From positions 1 to 54,773 of the forward strand of contig JAEOTM010000196.1 of the NCBI GenBank assembly GCA_016839815.1: 54,773 bases of DNA, in the 5' to 3' direction. The notes under the pieces are model-generated. The model did no database searches. It was not told the DNA's origin and was given only the letters and a program-made list of their open reading frames with translations. This stretch comes from Candidatus Hodarchaeota archaeon. GTDB lineage: Archaea > Asgardarchaeota > Heimdallarchaeia > Hodarchaeales > Hodarchaeaceae. How positions within the stretch are numbered: the first letter of the stretch is position 1; every line of letters starts with the position of its first letter. Of the stretch, positions 9,690 through 19,801 are shown one piece after another. Both the position numbers and the translations under genes were made by a program.

Positions 9690-9992
9690 ATGGGTGACAA
9701 AAAAAGACGGATATCCCGTAAACAGGGTCCAGTGTGTGTAAATCATTCTGAACGTTTTGATACGAAAGAATGTGAAAGATGTCACAAATTTTTTTGTCCT
9801 GAATGTATTGTTGAGGATTGGCATGAAAATTTCTTTTCTCAATTTATTGGACAAAAGCGTGATTTTATCCAAAAATTTTATTGTAATCCATGTCAAAAAC
9901 GCGTTGTACGAATCCGAATGGCCGCGTACATTGGGTTATTACTCATGTTCGGTCTTCCCGTTGTAATATGGCTATTTCTCTCCTTCTCATAA
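9690..9992 (+). CDS. B-box-like zinc finger protein with C-terminal membrane anchor
   Basis: CVNH-x8-CERC-x4-CPEC...CNPC followed by one TM helix. Confidence 0.65.
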   Translation: MGDKKRRISRKQGPVCVNHSERFDTKECERCHKFFCPECIVEDWHENFFSQFIGQKRDFIQKFYCNPCQKRVVRIRMAAYIGLLLMFGLPVVIWLFLSFS

Positions 9993-10019
9993 ATTCAACG
10001 CGGGTAGGCGTAAGACAGA

Positions 10020-11690
10020 ATGCCCCAGATCTCATTAAAAGAATACCAGGAAGATCGCTTTGAACGTGGGGTATATGATCGAAGAAATAAACTTAACGAT
10101 TTAACTGGAAAAGAATGGTTATTTTCAACCAAGACCATTATTCCAAAAGTTTATTCTTCCTGTATTCCTACTCAAGCAATTAAACCTACTTTTCGTCCAC
10201 TTCCCGTTGGTTTAAGCCAAGAACTTATTGCTACTTTTACTAAACCGAGAGATACGATTTTAGATCCGTTTGCAGGGATTGGTAGCACGTTAATTGCAGG
10301 ATATTACACAAATAAGAGCAATTCAGCTTCTGAGCGTCTTATAAAAGGGTACTATGATGATTCAACCACTTTAGAAAAATTTAATGAATTGATTAGGCAA
10401 TTAAAAATTTCTAATCTTGAAAAAATTACGTATGAACCATTTTCTCAACTTAAGCATATTTCTAATGAATCAGTAGGGTTTATTTTATCTGATATGCTCA
10501 ATCTGAGAACTACTAAGAATCAGCTAACAGGAACTCATATTAATTTTACGATAGAAGAGATGATACTTGAAACGATAAATAAACTAAAAATTAGCATACC
10601 AAAGTTGATTGAAAACAAGTATTTGGTAATTACAATTCCTTTCTGGAATGGATCAACAAAAACCGAATCAAAGAAACGTCGTGAATGGAATTTTGCTATA
10701 ACAAGGCTTATATCGGACCAAATGAACGTTTTAGGGATGATTTTAAAAGCCGAACGATTCTGGTTTGAACCTTCAAACTCTGCAGATGAGATTACACTTA
10801 TAGAACCAAAACGTCGGATTTTGGTATATCGTAAAGAATCTAGTCTAGCAACAGGAATATCTCCAAATTCTATTCCGACAAAATCAAAATTACCTTTAGG
10901 GCCGACTCTAATGTTGCATCGGAGCTTTCCCCCCTCTTTTGAACATAAGTTACGTGGCCAACATGGTGGAATGAAACCACCTGAATTAATAGAATATTTA
11001 ATTCAACGCTATTCGAAAGCTGAGTCCGATCTCATTCTTGATCCGTTTGCAGGTGTTGGAGGGACTCTATTAGGCTCAACCCTTACTAATCGAAAAGCAG
11101 TTGGAATCGATATTAATACTCAATGGCAAGAGGTTTATTGTGAAGTTTGTCGACGTATGCAATTACATGAACAGACATACGTGGTTGGAGATTCTTCTCA
11201 AATTTTAAATGAGACCATTGAGGACGAAAGTGTCGGAATGATTATGACAGACGTTCCTTATTGGGCAATGGATAAATTAAGAAAAACTAGAGGTCGATTT
11301 TCCAAAGCAGGAGAAAAATCTAGAAACAAACTGCGTTCCTCCTTAAAGCAGTTTGATCAGGCAGCTTTTCTGACTATTCAAGAATGGCATGCCTTACTAG
11401 AGAAGGTCTTTAGTGATTGCTATCCCAAACTTATCCCTGGAAATGTTCTTGCCGTTTTCATCGGAAATATGTATCGAACATTAGAAGAACAGCAAGTAAG
11501 GCGCAAGGTCAAAGTAGGACGATTTCTATTACTTTCTTCATCAGTTGCAGAACTCTTGGTTTCACTTGGATATAAATTTCTTGAAGAAATCGTGTGGTAT
11601 GCACCTGATAAAGCTCTGCACATTTTTGGATACCCCTATTCCTATATTCCGAGTGTTGTTCATCAAAGTATACTCATTTTTAAAAAATAA
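10020..11690 (+). CDS. Amino-type (N4/N6-like) SAM-dependent methyltransferase with two tandem MTase domains
   Basis: Two motif-I copies (ILDPFAGIG, ILDPFAGVG). The second domain has the motif-IV variant TDVPYW; the first has SDML. Confidence 0.75.
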   Translation: MPQISLKEYQEDRFERGVYDRRNKLNDLTGKEWLFSTKTIIPKVYSSCIPTQAIKPTFRPLPVGLSQELIATFTKPRDTILDPFAGIGSTLIAGYYTNKSNSASERLIKGYYDDSTTLEKFNELIRQLKISNLEKITYEPFSQLKHISNESVGFILSDMLNLRTTKNQLTGTHINFTIEEMILETINKLKISIPKLIENKYLVITIPFWNGSTKTESKKRREWNFAITRLISDQMNVLGMILKAERFWFEPSNSADEITLIEPKRRILVYRKESSLATGISPNSIPTKSKLPLGPTLMLHRSFPPSFEHKLRGQHGGMKPPELIEYLIQRYSKAESDLILDPFAGVGGTLLGSTLTNRKAVGIDINTQWQEVYCEVCRRMQLHEQTYVVGDSSQILNETIEDESVGMIMTDVPYWAMDKLRKTRGRFSKAGEKSRNKLRSSLKQFDQAAFLTIQEWHALLEKVFSDCYPKLIPGNVLAVFIGNMYRTLEEQQVRRKVKVGRFLLLSSSVAELLVSLGYKFLEEIVWYAPDKALHIFGYPYSYIPSVVHQSILIFKK

Positions 11691-11715
11691 GTCCCCCTAG
11701 TTTGTAGAAAATATT

Positions 11716-13644
11716 CTACTTTCGTTTTTTCTTTGACATAAATATTCCCAGAGCAAGGATTAACATTATTGCCTGAAAACCAGGAATTATAGATGTACTT
11801 GTCGATCCAGAGGAGGAATTTGTAGTTGAGGAAGAAGAAATTGAAAAGATATCGGAATAGACTATTCCATTTGAGGTATCATTGTAGAACATATATTTAA
11901 CCTTGTATTCACCTTCTGGAAGTGACCCAAGATCAATATTCAGTGCCTGCCAACTCTGGGACTCTCCATCAAATACAAAAATCCCTGAAATCCCTGTTGA
12001 TTCACCTGAAGATGATAAGATTTCATAGGTTGATCCTGTTGCATTAATCCATATAAAACCATTTGAGTCTGTAACAGTAATATTACTCAAATTGAGAATG
12101 TCCTCTAGATAGATCAGAGTACCAGGAGAGATTACTATCCCCTGAGGATTAACAATGAACCAATAATCTTGTGCAGGGGCAGGATTTTCATTATCATGGT
12201 CTGGAGTTCCACTTTCTGTATAAGAACTGATAACCGCATATATCTCATCAGCTGTCATGTTTATTTCCGATGTAGAAAAGTTTCCAAATCCATCAGGTGA
12301 GATCATAACTGGAATGATTTCTGTATTGAGTGGAGTCGTTGTTGTGTTTTTCATGATCATCGTCACGAGAAATCCCTGTGAAGATTCACTTTGGAATTCG
12401 AAAGTGAAGGGGAGATCAATTGGATAGGCGAATTTTAGGTAATCAGTTCCCCAATACGGAACTGAATTTTCCGTTCGTGGCAAGGGTGATGCTGTATATG
12501 TATATTCTGTATCGACGGTTACACTATCATTATAATATCCAAATACTCCCTCTGCAAAAGAAGTATCATCCAGAAAGTTGGCTATAGACCAATTTCGAAA
12601 GATTGCTAAGAATGGAATCATATATCCTCGTTGGATCAATGTTTCTTCTATACTTGCGATTCCATTTTCTGACCGTTGAACTAAATCCTTTATGAAGGCA
12701 TCTCCCCCAAAATGTTCAGCGAGATATAAGAAGAAAGTGTATGATGCTCCATAATTTGCTAGTACTAATGGACCGCTTTGATCCCAATAAGTTAATGAAA
12801 CATCTGGATTATCTCGAAAGTCTCCCCCTACTCCTCCAGAAAATGCATCACCACCAATTAGGTATTCTGCAAACATGGATGCCCCTTCTTCAAACCAAGT
12901 TTCTTCATCATCATCATTGCCAAAATGAATAAGATGTTGAAACTCATGTGCGACTGTATCAATGTTATCCGCAGCTAGAATATCAATATGAAGTATTTCA
13001 GCCTCATTACTGTAACGATTGGAGGGATGAAGTTCGGTGTTCAAATATTGATTGAGTTGATAGAAAAAGCCTGCAACAAATCCAGGTGGGGGAATTTCAT
13101 CTATATCATAAACTAAAATGATAATTTTACTATTCCCATCAATGTCTGGGGGCATCCCAAAAAAGTCCGTTAAGGTTGGATAAACAAGATTTTCAAAGCT
13201 ATCGTTCATATCTAATAATTCTGAATCAGAAACTGCTGTTGTATTTGAGTAAATTAGATTATGGGGACCATTAATTTTCAAGGTTGCATTAATTTGATAG
13301 AATTCATATGGATAAGTTGACACATCTGGAACCCAAAATAAGCGTGAACTTCCAACTTCTTGCTCTGTAGCTTGTATACTATGAGAAATTAGAGATGTTT
13401 CTTTATCTGACTGAAGCGCTTGATTCTTAGACGAAATTACTGAATGTTTTTCTGAATCACCTAGTACAGGTGTTTGTTTAATAGTTACACGTGGTTCAGA
13501 TAATTGTATTAGAGGTGAATCTGCATTCATCGTTAATACTGAAACATGTCCTATTCCAGTACTACAAACAAGTAGAAATAAACTGAGTGAGACTAGCTTC
13601 GACCAAACCAAATTTTTTACCCCAAGATGAGATTTAATGTTCAA
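11716..13644 (-). CDS. Secreted/surface zinc metalloprotease (M30/M6-like) with PGF-type C-terminal sorting signal
   Basis: Signal peptide; AHEFQHLIH zinc motif; WFEEGASMFAE; Ser/Thr linker, then IPGF-TM-KKKRK. Confidence 0.75.
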   Translation of the reverse strand: MNIKSHLGVKNLVWSKLVSLSLFLLVCSTGIGHVSVLTMNADSPLIQLSEPRVTIKQTPVLGDSEKHSVISSKNQALQSDKETSLISHSIQATEQEVGSSRLFWVPDVSTYPYEFYQINATLKINGPHNLIYSNTTAVSDSELLDMNDSFENLVYPTLTDFFGMPPDIDGNSKIIILVYDIDEIPPPGFVAGFFYQLNQYLNTELHPSNRYSNEAEILHIDILAADNIDTVAHEFQHLIHFGNDDDEETWFEEGASMFAEYLIGGDAFSGGVGGDFRDNPDVSLTYWDQSGPLVLANYGASYTFFLYLAEHFGGDAFIKDLVQRSENGIASIEETLIQRGYMIPFLAIFRNWSIANFLDDTSFAEGVFGYYNDSVTVDTEYTYTASPLPRTENSVPYWGTDYLKFAYPIDLPFTFEFQSESSQGFLVTMIMKNTTTTPLNTEIIPVMISPDGFGNFSTSEINMTADEIYAVISSYTESGTPDHDNENPAPAQDYWFIVNPQGIVISPGTLIYLEDILNLSNITVTDSNGFIWINATGSTYEILSSSGESTGISGIFVFDGESQSWQALNIDLGSLPEGEYKVKYMFYNDTSNGIVYSDIFSISSSSTTNSSSGSTSTSIIPGFQAIMLILALGIFMSKKKRK

Positions 13645-13837
13645 TTAAGCCTTAGTTCTATCATTCTTAAATTAATATTCAAATGGGAAACGTCATAATT
13701 TTGATAATTGATCATCAAATTAGGAAGATTTTCAGTTAAAGCCTTTTCGAATCAAATTGTCGCAATTATAGAGCTAAAAAGAAATAAAACTTAAATTTAA
13801 AGTAGTTATGTGTTTTTCTTATCAGTTGAATTCCGCT

Positions 13838-14374
13838 TTAACCTAACCAGAGATATGTGAGGATTCCTAAGCCACAAAACACCGAACCTGAAATTTGCAT
13901 AACCCAAAACCATGCAAGTTCAGGCGTGGGCTTTTCAGTTTGAGCAACGAAATAATCAGATCCCCAAGCTTCAATTTTTTTTCCGATAGAAATTCGATGA
14001 GATTGAGTTACATAGATAAATGCAGTACGTTCACCAAATAGTAATCCTCCAAGATAGATAGGTTCAAGTCCTGAAAATAAATCAATTATATAATGAACCG
14101 CAAGCGCTACTGCAAACATGTTGATTTCAGGATAAGTTCTGATAGGAAAAACGACCCATAATATAAGCACATATAAGTAATCATGAGAAGCCCTTCGAGC
14201 CATTTTTTCTGAAATTTTAAGGCGAACTAAAAATAATTCCAGGAAATCGGAGATTTGACTCCCTAGTATTATAAAAAATATCCAGGTAGGATTAGCTGTT
14301 AATTCAACATCAAAGAATGCAAACCAGAAGAAAATAACTCCAAAAACCCATTCGGTGTGTTTTAAGGCTTCCAT
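13838..14374 (-). CDS. Membrane-bound metal-dependent hydrolase (YdjM-like), paralog 2
   Basis: H-x-EW, GSQISD, RRASH, HYIID motifs; multiple TM helices. Confidence 0.6.
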   Translation of the reverse strand: MEALKHTEWVFGVIFFWFAFFDVELTANPTWIFFIILGSQISDFLELFLVRLKISEKMARRASHDYLYVLILWVVFPIRTYPEINMFAVALAVHYIIDLFSGLEPIYLGGLLFGERTAFIYVTQSHRISIGKKIEAWGSDYFVAQTEKPTPELAWFWVMQISGSVFCGLGILTYLWLG

Positions 14375-14390
14375 TCTATTTCACGTTAAT

Positions 14391-14903
14391 TTAGCTAAAG
14401 TACATTAAAATTCCGATAACAAAAAACCATGAACCCAGAATTGTCAAAAACCATAACCAGGATAGTTCATCACCGATATTTTCTGAACCATGATAAGAAC
14501 TTTTTATCAATTTTCGTACTCTTCCACCGATTGAAATTGACTGTTCCATTGATACTAATCGAATAGCTCCTCTATGTGAGAGTGGAGAAAACAAATAGAT
14601 TGGATCTCGCCCTGCTAAGATATCTTCTAAAATATGCATGATAGATCCAAGAGTTAAAAACGTCACTACAGGAATGAAGTAGCTAATTATTAGAAGAGCA
14701 CCTATGAAGAAAACGGTATGTGAAATCTCACGGTGTCCTTCTTGGAAATTTTTACCTCGGTATAACACCCAGTCGAAAATATCAGGAAAATCAGAACCTA
14801 TTCCCAGTAATAAAAAACTTAGGGCATCTAGAGGAATTTGAAATATTGCACAAAGCATCAATCCAAATCCTAGGGTCCATTCTAAATGCCCAATGGGATC
14901 CAT
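14391..14903 (-). CDS. Membrane-bound metal-dependent hydrolase (YdjM-like), paralog 1
   Basis: GH, GSDFPD, HREISHT, HILED, LFSP motifs. Confidence 0.7.
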   Translation of the reverse strand: MDPIGHLEWTLGFGLMLCAIFQIPLDALSFLLLGIGSDFPDIFDWVLYRGKNFQEGHREISHTVFFIGALLIISYFIPVVTFLTLGSIMHILEDILAGRDPIYLFSPLSHRGAIRLVSMEQSISIGGRVRKLIKSSYHGSENIGDELSWLWFLTILGSWFFVIGILMYFS

Positions 14904-15158
14904 TTATATCTCCTACAGTTAAAATACCTTGTTATATTAGTATGGTCAACGGGGGCTGACAAGAAGGATAAACTATCGGTTTTTCTTTAAATCATTTTGT
15001 GACGTTATTTTATGGAATAATCCTCATTAGGTTAAGAAAAAATCTCCGTTTGAAAGGTAGAGAATAGAGAAATCGTGAGCTTACTTCCCAGCTATTCTTC
15101 TAACCTACAAATGCATGTGTATAACATTATCCTGTGGTAGTAATCCCCATAAAGTTGC

Positions 15159-16946
15159 GTGACTAGAATCAGAATCTTAAGTATTAATTATGATAAATGT
15201 AAACCTGATTTGTGTGGTTACGCCTGTTCAAAATATTGTCCGTTGGTGATTAAGGGTCAAAAAAACGTGATAACTTTTCGAAAAGAGACTGGTAAACCTA
15301 TTATTAACAACAACACATGTTTAATGGCTAAGAAGGGAACATGCGGGATCTGCATAAATAAATGTTTTCCCCGCGCTTTAAGTGTTACTAATTTACCTTC
15401 TGTCGAAACCGCGGGGCTTTTAGTTCATTGTTATGATGAGAATGGCTTTCGATTCTTTGGTGTCCCACAAATTCATACTGGAAAGGTTATTGGTCTACTC
15501 GGAGTTAATGGCATAGGTAAATCAACGATATTAGACATTTTAGCTGGAATGCAACCCAATGGAGGAAATTATCAAGATATCGAAAAGGGATATGAACAAT
15601 TCCTTTCTCAATTGAGGATTTCTAGTTTTCGTCAATTTCTTGCAGAAGTGGAAACAAATGCCTTAAAGGTAGCACATAAACCTCAAATATTTGCTCATCT
15701 CACTAAACTTACAGATCCAGTTTCAGAGATTCTAAGAAAAAGTGATAAGCAAGGTTACTTTTCTATGACAGAAGTAATTGAGCTAATGGAACTTTCACCA
15801 ATTTTAAATCGAAATCCTAGTAAATTATCGGGAGGGGAGTTACAAAGACTGTCCATTGGTATAGTACTATTGCAGAATGCTGATATTTATCTGATTGATG
15901 AACCTTGTACTTTCTTAGACTTCCGACAACGAATTAAAATTGCTAAGATTTTTCACCAGTTAGCTTCTTCAGGGAAAACAGTCTTTATTGCTGAACATGA
16001 TATTGCTATTCTTGACTTTCAGAGTGATTTGATCTATTTATTTTATGGACAACCTCATAAATTTGGGGTTATCTCCTCCTTAGCTTATAGTACTAAAAAA
16101 GGAATTAATAACTTCCTCGTTGGGAGACTAAAAGATGAAAATATCCGAATACGAGGAAAACGTATTGCTTTCACCAGGATAGTGAAAGAAAGAGATTGGG
16201 AAGGAAGACCTGGAGTAGAGTTTCCAGCTTTTCAGAAGCAAGTCGGGACTTTCAGTCTCTCTGTGGATAAAGGGATGAATTATTTTGGTGAAATCCTTTG
16301 TATTCTAGGAGAAAATGGATTAGGAAAAACTACTTTCGCTCGTCATCTTACCCAATCATTGAAATCAGTGACGGTCTCATTTAAACCACAATTTCTTCAC
16401 CGAAGCTTTTCTGGCACAGTACGGGAGTTTCTAACCCAATATTCTAACACGTATATCGATTCTCGTGTGTTTAAAATTCATATTTTAAAGCCGTTCTCAA
16501 TCTCACACCTTTTAGACAAACCAATACAAGCACTAAGTGGTGGAGAACTTCAGCGATGCTTTCTTGCAGGTTGTTTAGGTAAAAAAGCTGATTTATATAT
16601 AATCGATGAAGGAAGCGCTTTTCTAGATGTTGAGGAACGTTTGAAGGCAACTCGGGTGATCCGTCATATAGTATCCAAGAATAGCGCTGCCTGTATTGCT
16701 ATTGAACATGATATTCAAATCGCTGATGCGTTAGCAGATAGAGTTATGCTCTTTGAAGGGATTCCAGGAATTATGGGCCAAACTGTTGGACCATTATCAA
16801 AAAAAGCGGCGCTTAATAGATTTCTAAAAGAAATTGATGTAACTTTTCGTCGGGATCCAGATACAGGTCGTGCCCGTTTAAACAAGTTGGGGAGTCGATT
16901 GGATCGTGATCAACGAAAAAATGATGCCTATTACCATGATTTCTGA
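15159..16946 (+). CDS. rli: ABCE1/Rli1 ribosome-recycling ATPase
   Basis: N-terminal FeS domain (CKPDLC...CP, CGICINKC); two ABC domains (GVNGIGKS, GENGLGKT, LSGGELQR twice); TFRRDPDTGR. Confidence 0.92.
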   Translation: MTRIRILSINYDKCKPDLCGYACSKYCPLVIKGQKNVITFRKETGKPIINNNTCLMAKKGTCGICINKCFPRALSVTNLPSVETAGLLVHCYDENGFRFFGVPQIHTGKVIGLLGVNGIGKSTILDILAGMQPNGGNYQDIEKGYEQFLSQLRISSFRQFLAEVETNALKVAHKPQIFAHLTKLTDPVSEILRKSDKQGYFSMTEVIELMELSPILNRNPSKLSGGELQRLSIGIVLLQNADIYLIDEPCTFLDFRQRIKIAKIFHQLASSGKTVFIAEHDIAILDFQSDLIYLFYGQPHKFGVISSLAYSTKKGINNFLVGRLKDENIRIRGKRIAFTRIVKERDWEGRPGVEFPAFQKQVGTFSLSVDKGMNYFGEILCILGENGLGKTTFARHLTQSLKSVTVSFKPQFLHRSFSGTVREFLTQYSNTYIDSRVFKIHILKPFSISHLLDKPIQALSGGELQRCFLAGCLGKKADLYIIDEGSAFLDVEERLKATRVIRHIVSKNSAACIAIEHDIQIADALADRVMLFEGIPGIMGQTVGPLSKKAALNRFLKEIDVTFRRDPDTGRARLNKLGSRLDRDQRKNDAYYHDF

Positions 16947-16959
16947 AGGATTTTTCTTA

Positions 16960-18105
16960 TCAAACCAATGGAAGAATTGATATCGGAAAACAAAGAGGAA
17001 TTAATAGTAGTAATGCAATAGCAACGACTTTACGAGAGAGAGAAACTTCTGTTACGTCATCTAGCGGTCCTGCGTGACCAGATTGACCGTACATAAAGAG
17101 AATTAAGATAACAAATACAATTAATTCTGGGTTTACGAGAATTATGATCCCAGCACTAATGTATGTAATGATCCGATGAGAATTCTCTGAAAACAAGCTT
17201 CTTGCTACATGTCCACCATCTGCTTGGCCAATAGGTATGAGATTAATACCTGTTAAGAATAAACCCCAGAACCCAGCGTACGCAAATGGGTGTAAAAAGA
17301 TCACTGAATCAACGGTTGGTTGTGGTAAGAGGAGGTCCATTAGAATTTCGAAGATAATTATTTGACCACCAGCAAATGAGCTACTTCCTAGTGACTCGAC
17401 AAATTCCTGAGGTAATGTAGATGCTGGAACTACAGTTGAATTCATAAGGCCTATTACAGAAAATATTATTGCCGCGATAAAACCGAAGATAGGTCCCGTT
17501 AACCCAACATCGAATAGAGAGTTCCGGGTTCTAGTTGGTGTTTTTTGAGTAATAAATGCACCAAAGGTCCCTAAACCAAGAGGCATAGGAATGAAATATG
17601 GCCAACTTGCTTTTATTCCGTGGTGTTTAGACGCGACTAAATGGCCGAGTTCATGAATGCCTATGATGCCCATTAAACCAATGACATATGTGACTCCTAC
17701 ATAGATTGGATGTAAAGAGGGTTGTGCAAGTCTTAGATTTTCCCACATCAACAGACCGACGAAAAATATGGATAACACCGTCAAGAAAAACAAAATTAGT
17801 GGATTTCTTATGCTTTGCTTAATATTCTTCATCTTTTCGGGAATAGGGAAGATATAAATCATGCTTCGTGATTCGTGGATCGGGTGTGGACGGATAAGAG
17901 ACATATATCCCATCGACTCAAGCACCTGATTCACCTGGGTTACATTTCCTCCCAAATCACTTCGCTTAAGAATTTCATAGATAGGAATAATTTCTGATTG
18001 TAACGGAGAGCCTGTTTCTGACATTGGCCGATATTGTTTAGCCGTAACTGTAAAAAATTGGTTAATTAATTCATCGATTTCCGAATATTTCCCGAATCCT
18101 GACAT
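16960..18105 (-). CDS. Site-2 protease (M50 family intramembrane metalloprotease)
   Basis: HELGH, PYFIP, GTFGA, NLIPIGQADGGH. Confidence 0.92.
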   Translation of the reverse strand: MSGFGKYSEIDELINQFFTVTAKQYRPMSETGSPLQSEIIPIYEILKRSDLGGNVTQVNQVLESMGYMSLIRPHPIHESRSMIYIFPIPEKMKNIKQSIRNPLILFFLTVLSIFFVGLLMWENLRLAQPSLHPIYVGVTYVIGLMGIIGIHELGHLVASKHHGIKASWPYFIPMPLGLGTFGAFITQKTPTRTRNSLFDVGLTGPIFGFIAAIIFSVIGLMNSTVVPASTLPQEFVESLGSSSFAGGQIIIFEILMDLLLPQPTVDSVIFLHPFAYAGFWGLFLTGINLIPIGQADGGHVARSLFSENSHRIITYISAGIIILVNPELIVFVILILFMYGQSGHAGPLDDVTEVSLSRKVVAIALLLLIPLCFPISILPLV

Positions 18106-18220
18106 TAGAACTTCATATTGTCTTTGTCAATTGGTTATCAAAAAGGCATTGATACTGGAAATGAAAACTGATGTAGAAAATCAGTCAAGAATAATGAGAT
18201 TTTTTCTTTATGTGAGGAAC

Positions 18221-18772
18221 TTAAATCCTAATTTTGAAATCTCGTAAAGGAAGTGATTCAGGAAGAAGGATATCAAGGAGATCTTCATCACTTTCTTGAG
18301 TAAATGATCTATTGGCCTGAGCTTTTACATATTTAGTAAGTTTTTTTAGTTCAATTGCTGGGAAATTAATTTTAGTTGGTGTGATTAGCATTTTTCCTTC
18401 AGTATTTAATATAATAGCAAATTCGTACAATTTGTTCCAACTAGGTAGACGTATTTCTACAAGAATTGAGATAAATCGTACAAAAGGGAGCTGAATTATA
18501 TTTTTCATCAGAAACGAAACGACTTCTTGTTTGTTACTTTGAATACGAATATCAATCTCGGTACCTAGACATTTAACTCGTAGAATAGGCATTTCTCGCC
18601 AATAAATTTGACTAGGCTTTTTTGAATGGTTACAGTAATTATCAAGAAATTCAATGGTTATTCGTCTCACTTGACCATGGGATAATAGAGTATCTAAAAC
18701 ATGAGCGCGTAAAATCGGGAGAGATACCTGTTCTTTACTCTCGAACATCCTATGAAGAATCTTGCAATCCAT
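18221..18772 (-). CDS. Hypothetical protein
   Basis: 183-aa ORF co-directional with the GTPase cluster; no motif recognised. Confidence 0.55.
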   Translation of the reverse strand: MDCKILHRMFESKEQVSLPILRAHVLDTLLSHGQVRRITIEFLDNYCNHSKKPSQIYWREMPILRVKCLGTEIDIRIQSNKQEVVSFLMKNIIQLPFVRFISILVEIRLPSWNKLYEFAIILNTEGKMLITPTKINFPAIELKKLTKYVKAQANRSFTQESDEDLLDILLPESLPLRDFKIRI

Positions 18773-18854
18773 AATTATCTCAAGAAATCTTAAACATTAA
18801 CAGGTATATTTCGATTTTAGATACAAATATCCGCAAGATCTTTGAGAATACGTA

Positions 18855-19787
18855 CTAACTCTCTGTAATGCTCTGTAATTGAGAGCTAAAAGCAAGAACT
18901 TTGTTATATAGAGAAGCTACAGGTTCGTTTCTTTCCCTGAGTCGACTCTTTGAGAATCCAAAAAATAATGCAAGTCCATTCTCCATGAAACGGATAACAA
19001 ATACACGCTGATCTGATTCGAGTAAAGTTGATGTTGCAGTATTTGTTTCTGAGTCTGCTAACCGTTTAACAACAGCATCAAAGAATTCTCTAACCTCATA
19101 TAAATTGATGTGCTCAAATTTTGATACTTTTTCGACCTTAGTTAGAGGTGCTCCTTCTTTTGTAAAAATTTGAGCCATGTCTGCCATATTGTGTTGGATG
19201 AATGTTTCTAATAAGGGTCGTAATGTCTTCCTTGCACCACTCGCATCTGCATAAACTTCACCCATAGCTTTGAAGATTGAATCAGAAAAAACTGTGGTTT
19301 CATAATATTTAATTTGCTTGGGAATCCCTCCTCCTAGATAATCCTCAATTGTTTTTCTGACTTCCTGCTTCATTTTCTTTGGGATTAAGTCAGCTTTATG
19401 TTGAAAAATAAATAATGTCGCCTCTGGACTAAACTGGGACAATTTTTTTATTGCTAGATCGAGGTAGTACTTAGCACGTGAGATATTTTTTATTTCTATT
19501 GAATCGACTACAAACACAAAAGATTTTACCCCACTAAATATGAATTCTGATAATTCACCAGTAAATCTGTCAAGAAATGCTGTTTGTCCTCCCAGATCGA
19601 AGATGGTTAATTCTGTTCCTGCAACTACTTTTTGTTTCCGTTCGTAGTCAATTGTAGCATTATAATCATCATCTTTACGCGGAATTTTTCCTTCATTAAC
19701 TACTTTTATAATCGTAGATTTACCTGATTGCGCTAATCCCAAGATAAGAACTTTAGAAACTTTTTTCTTCCTTTTTAAATGCGACAT
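18855..19787 (-). CDS. Rag/Gtr-like small GTPase with C-terminal roadblock/longin-like domain
   Basis: G1 GLAQSGKST, G2 ATIDY, G3 DLGGQ, G4 HKAD, G5 TTVF; ~120-aa alpha/beta C-terminal domain. Confidence 0.85.
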   Translation of the reverse strand: MSHLKRKKKVSKVLILGLAQSGKSTIIKVVNEGKIPRKDDDYNATIDYERKQKVVAGTELTIFDLGGQTAFLDRFTGELSEFIFSGVKSFVFVVDSIEIKNISRAKYYLDLAIKKLSQFSPEATLFIFQHKADLIPKKMKQEVRKTIEDYLGGGIPKQIKYYETTVFSDSIFKAMGEVYADASGARKTLRPLLETFIQHNMADMAQIFTKEGAPLTKVEKVSKFEHINLYEVREFFDAVVKRLADSETNTATSTLLESDQRVFVIRFMENGLALFFGFSKSRLRERNEPVASLYNKVLAFSSQLQSITES

Positions 19788-19801
19788 TTTTGTTATAGCT
19801 C

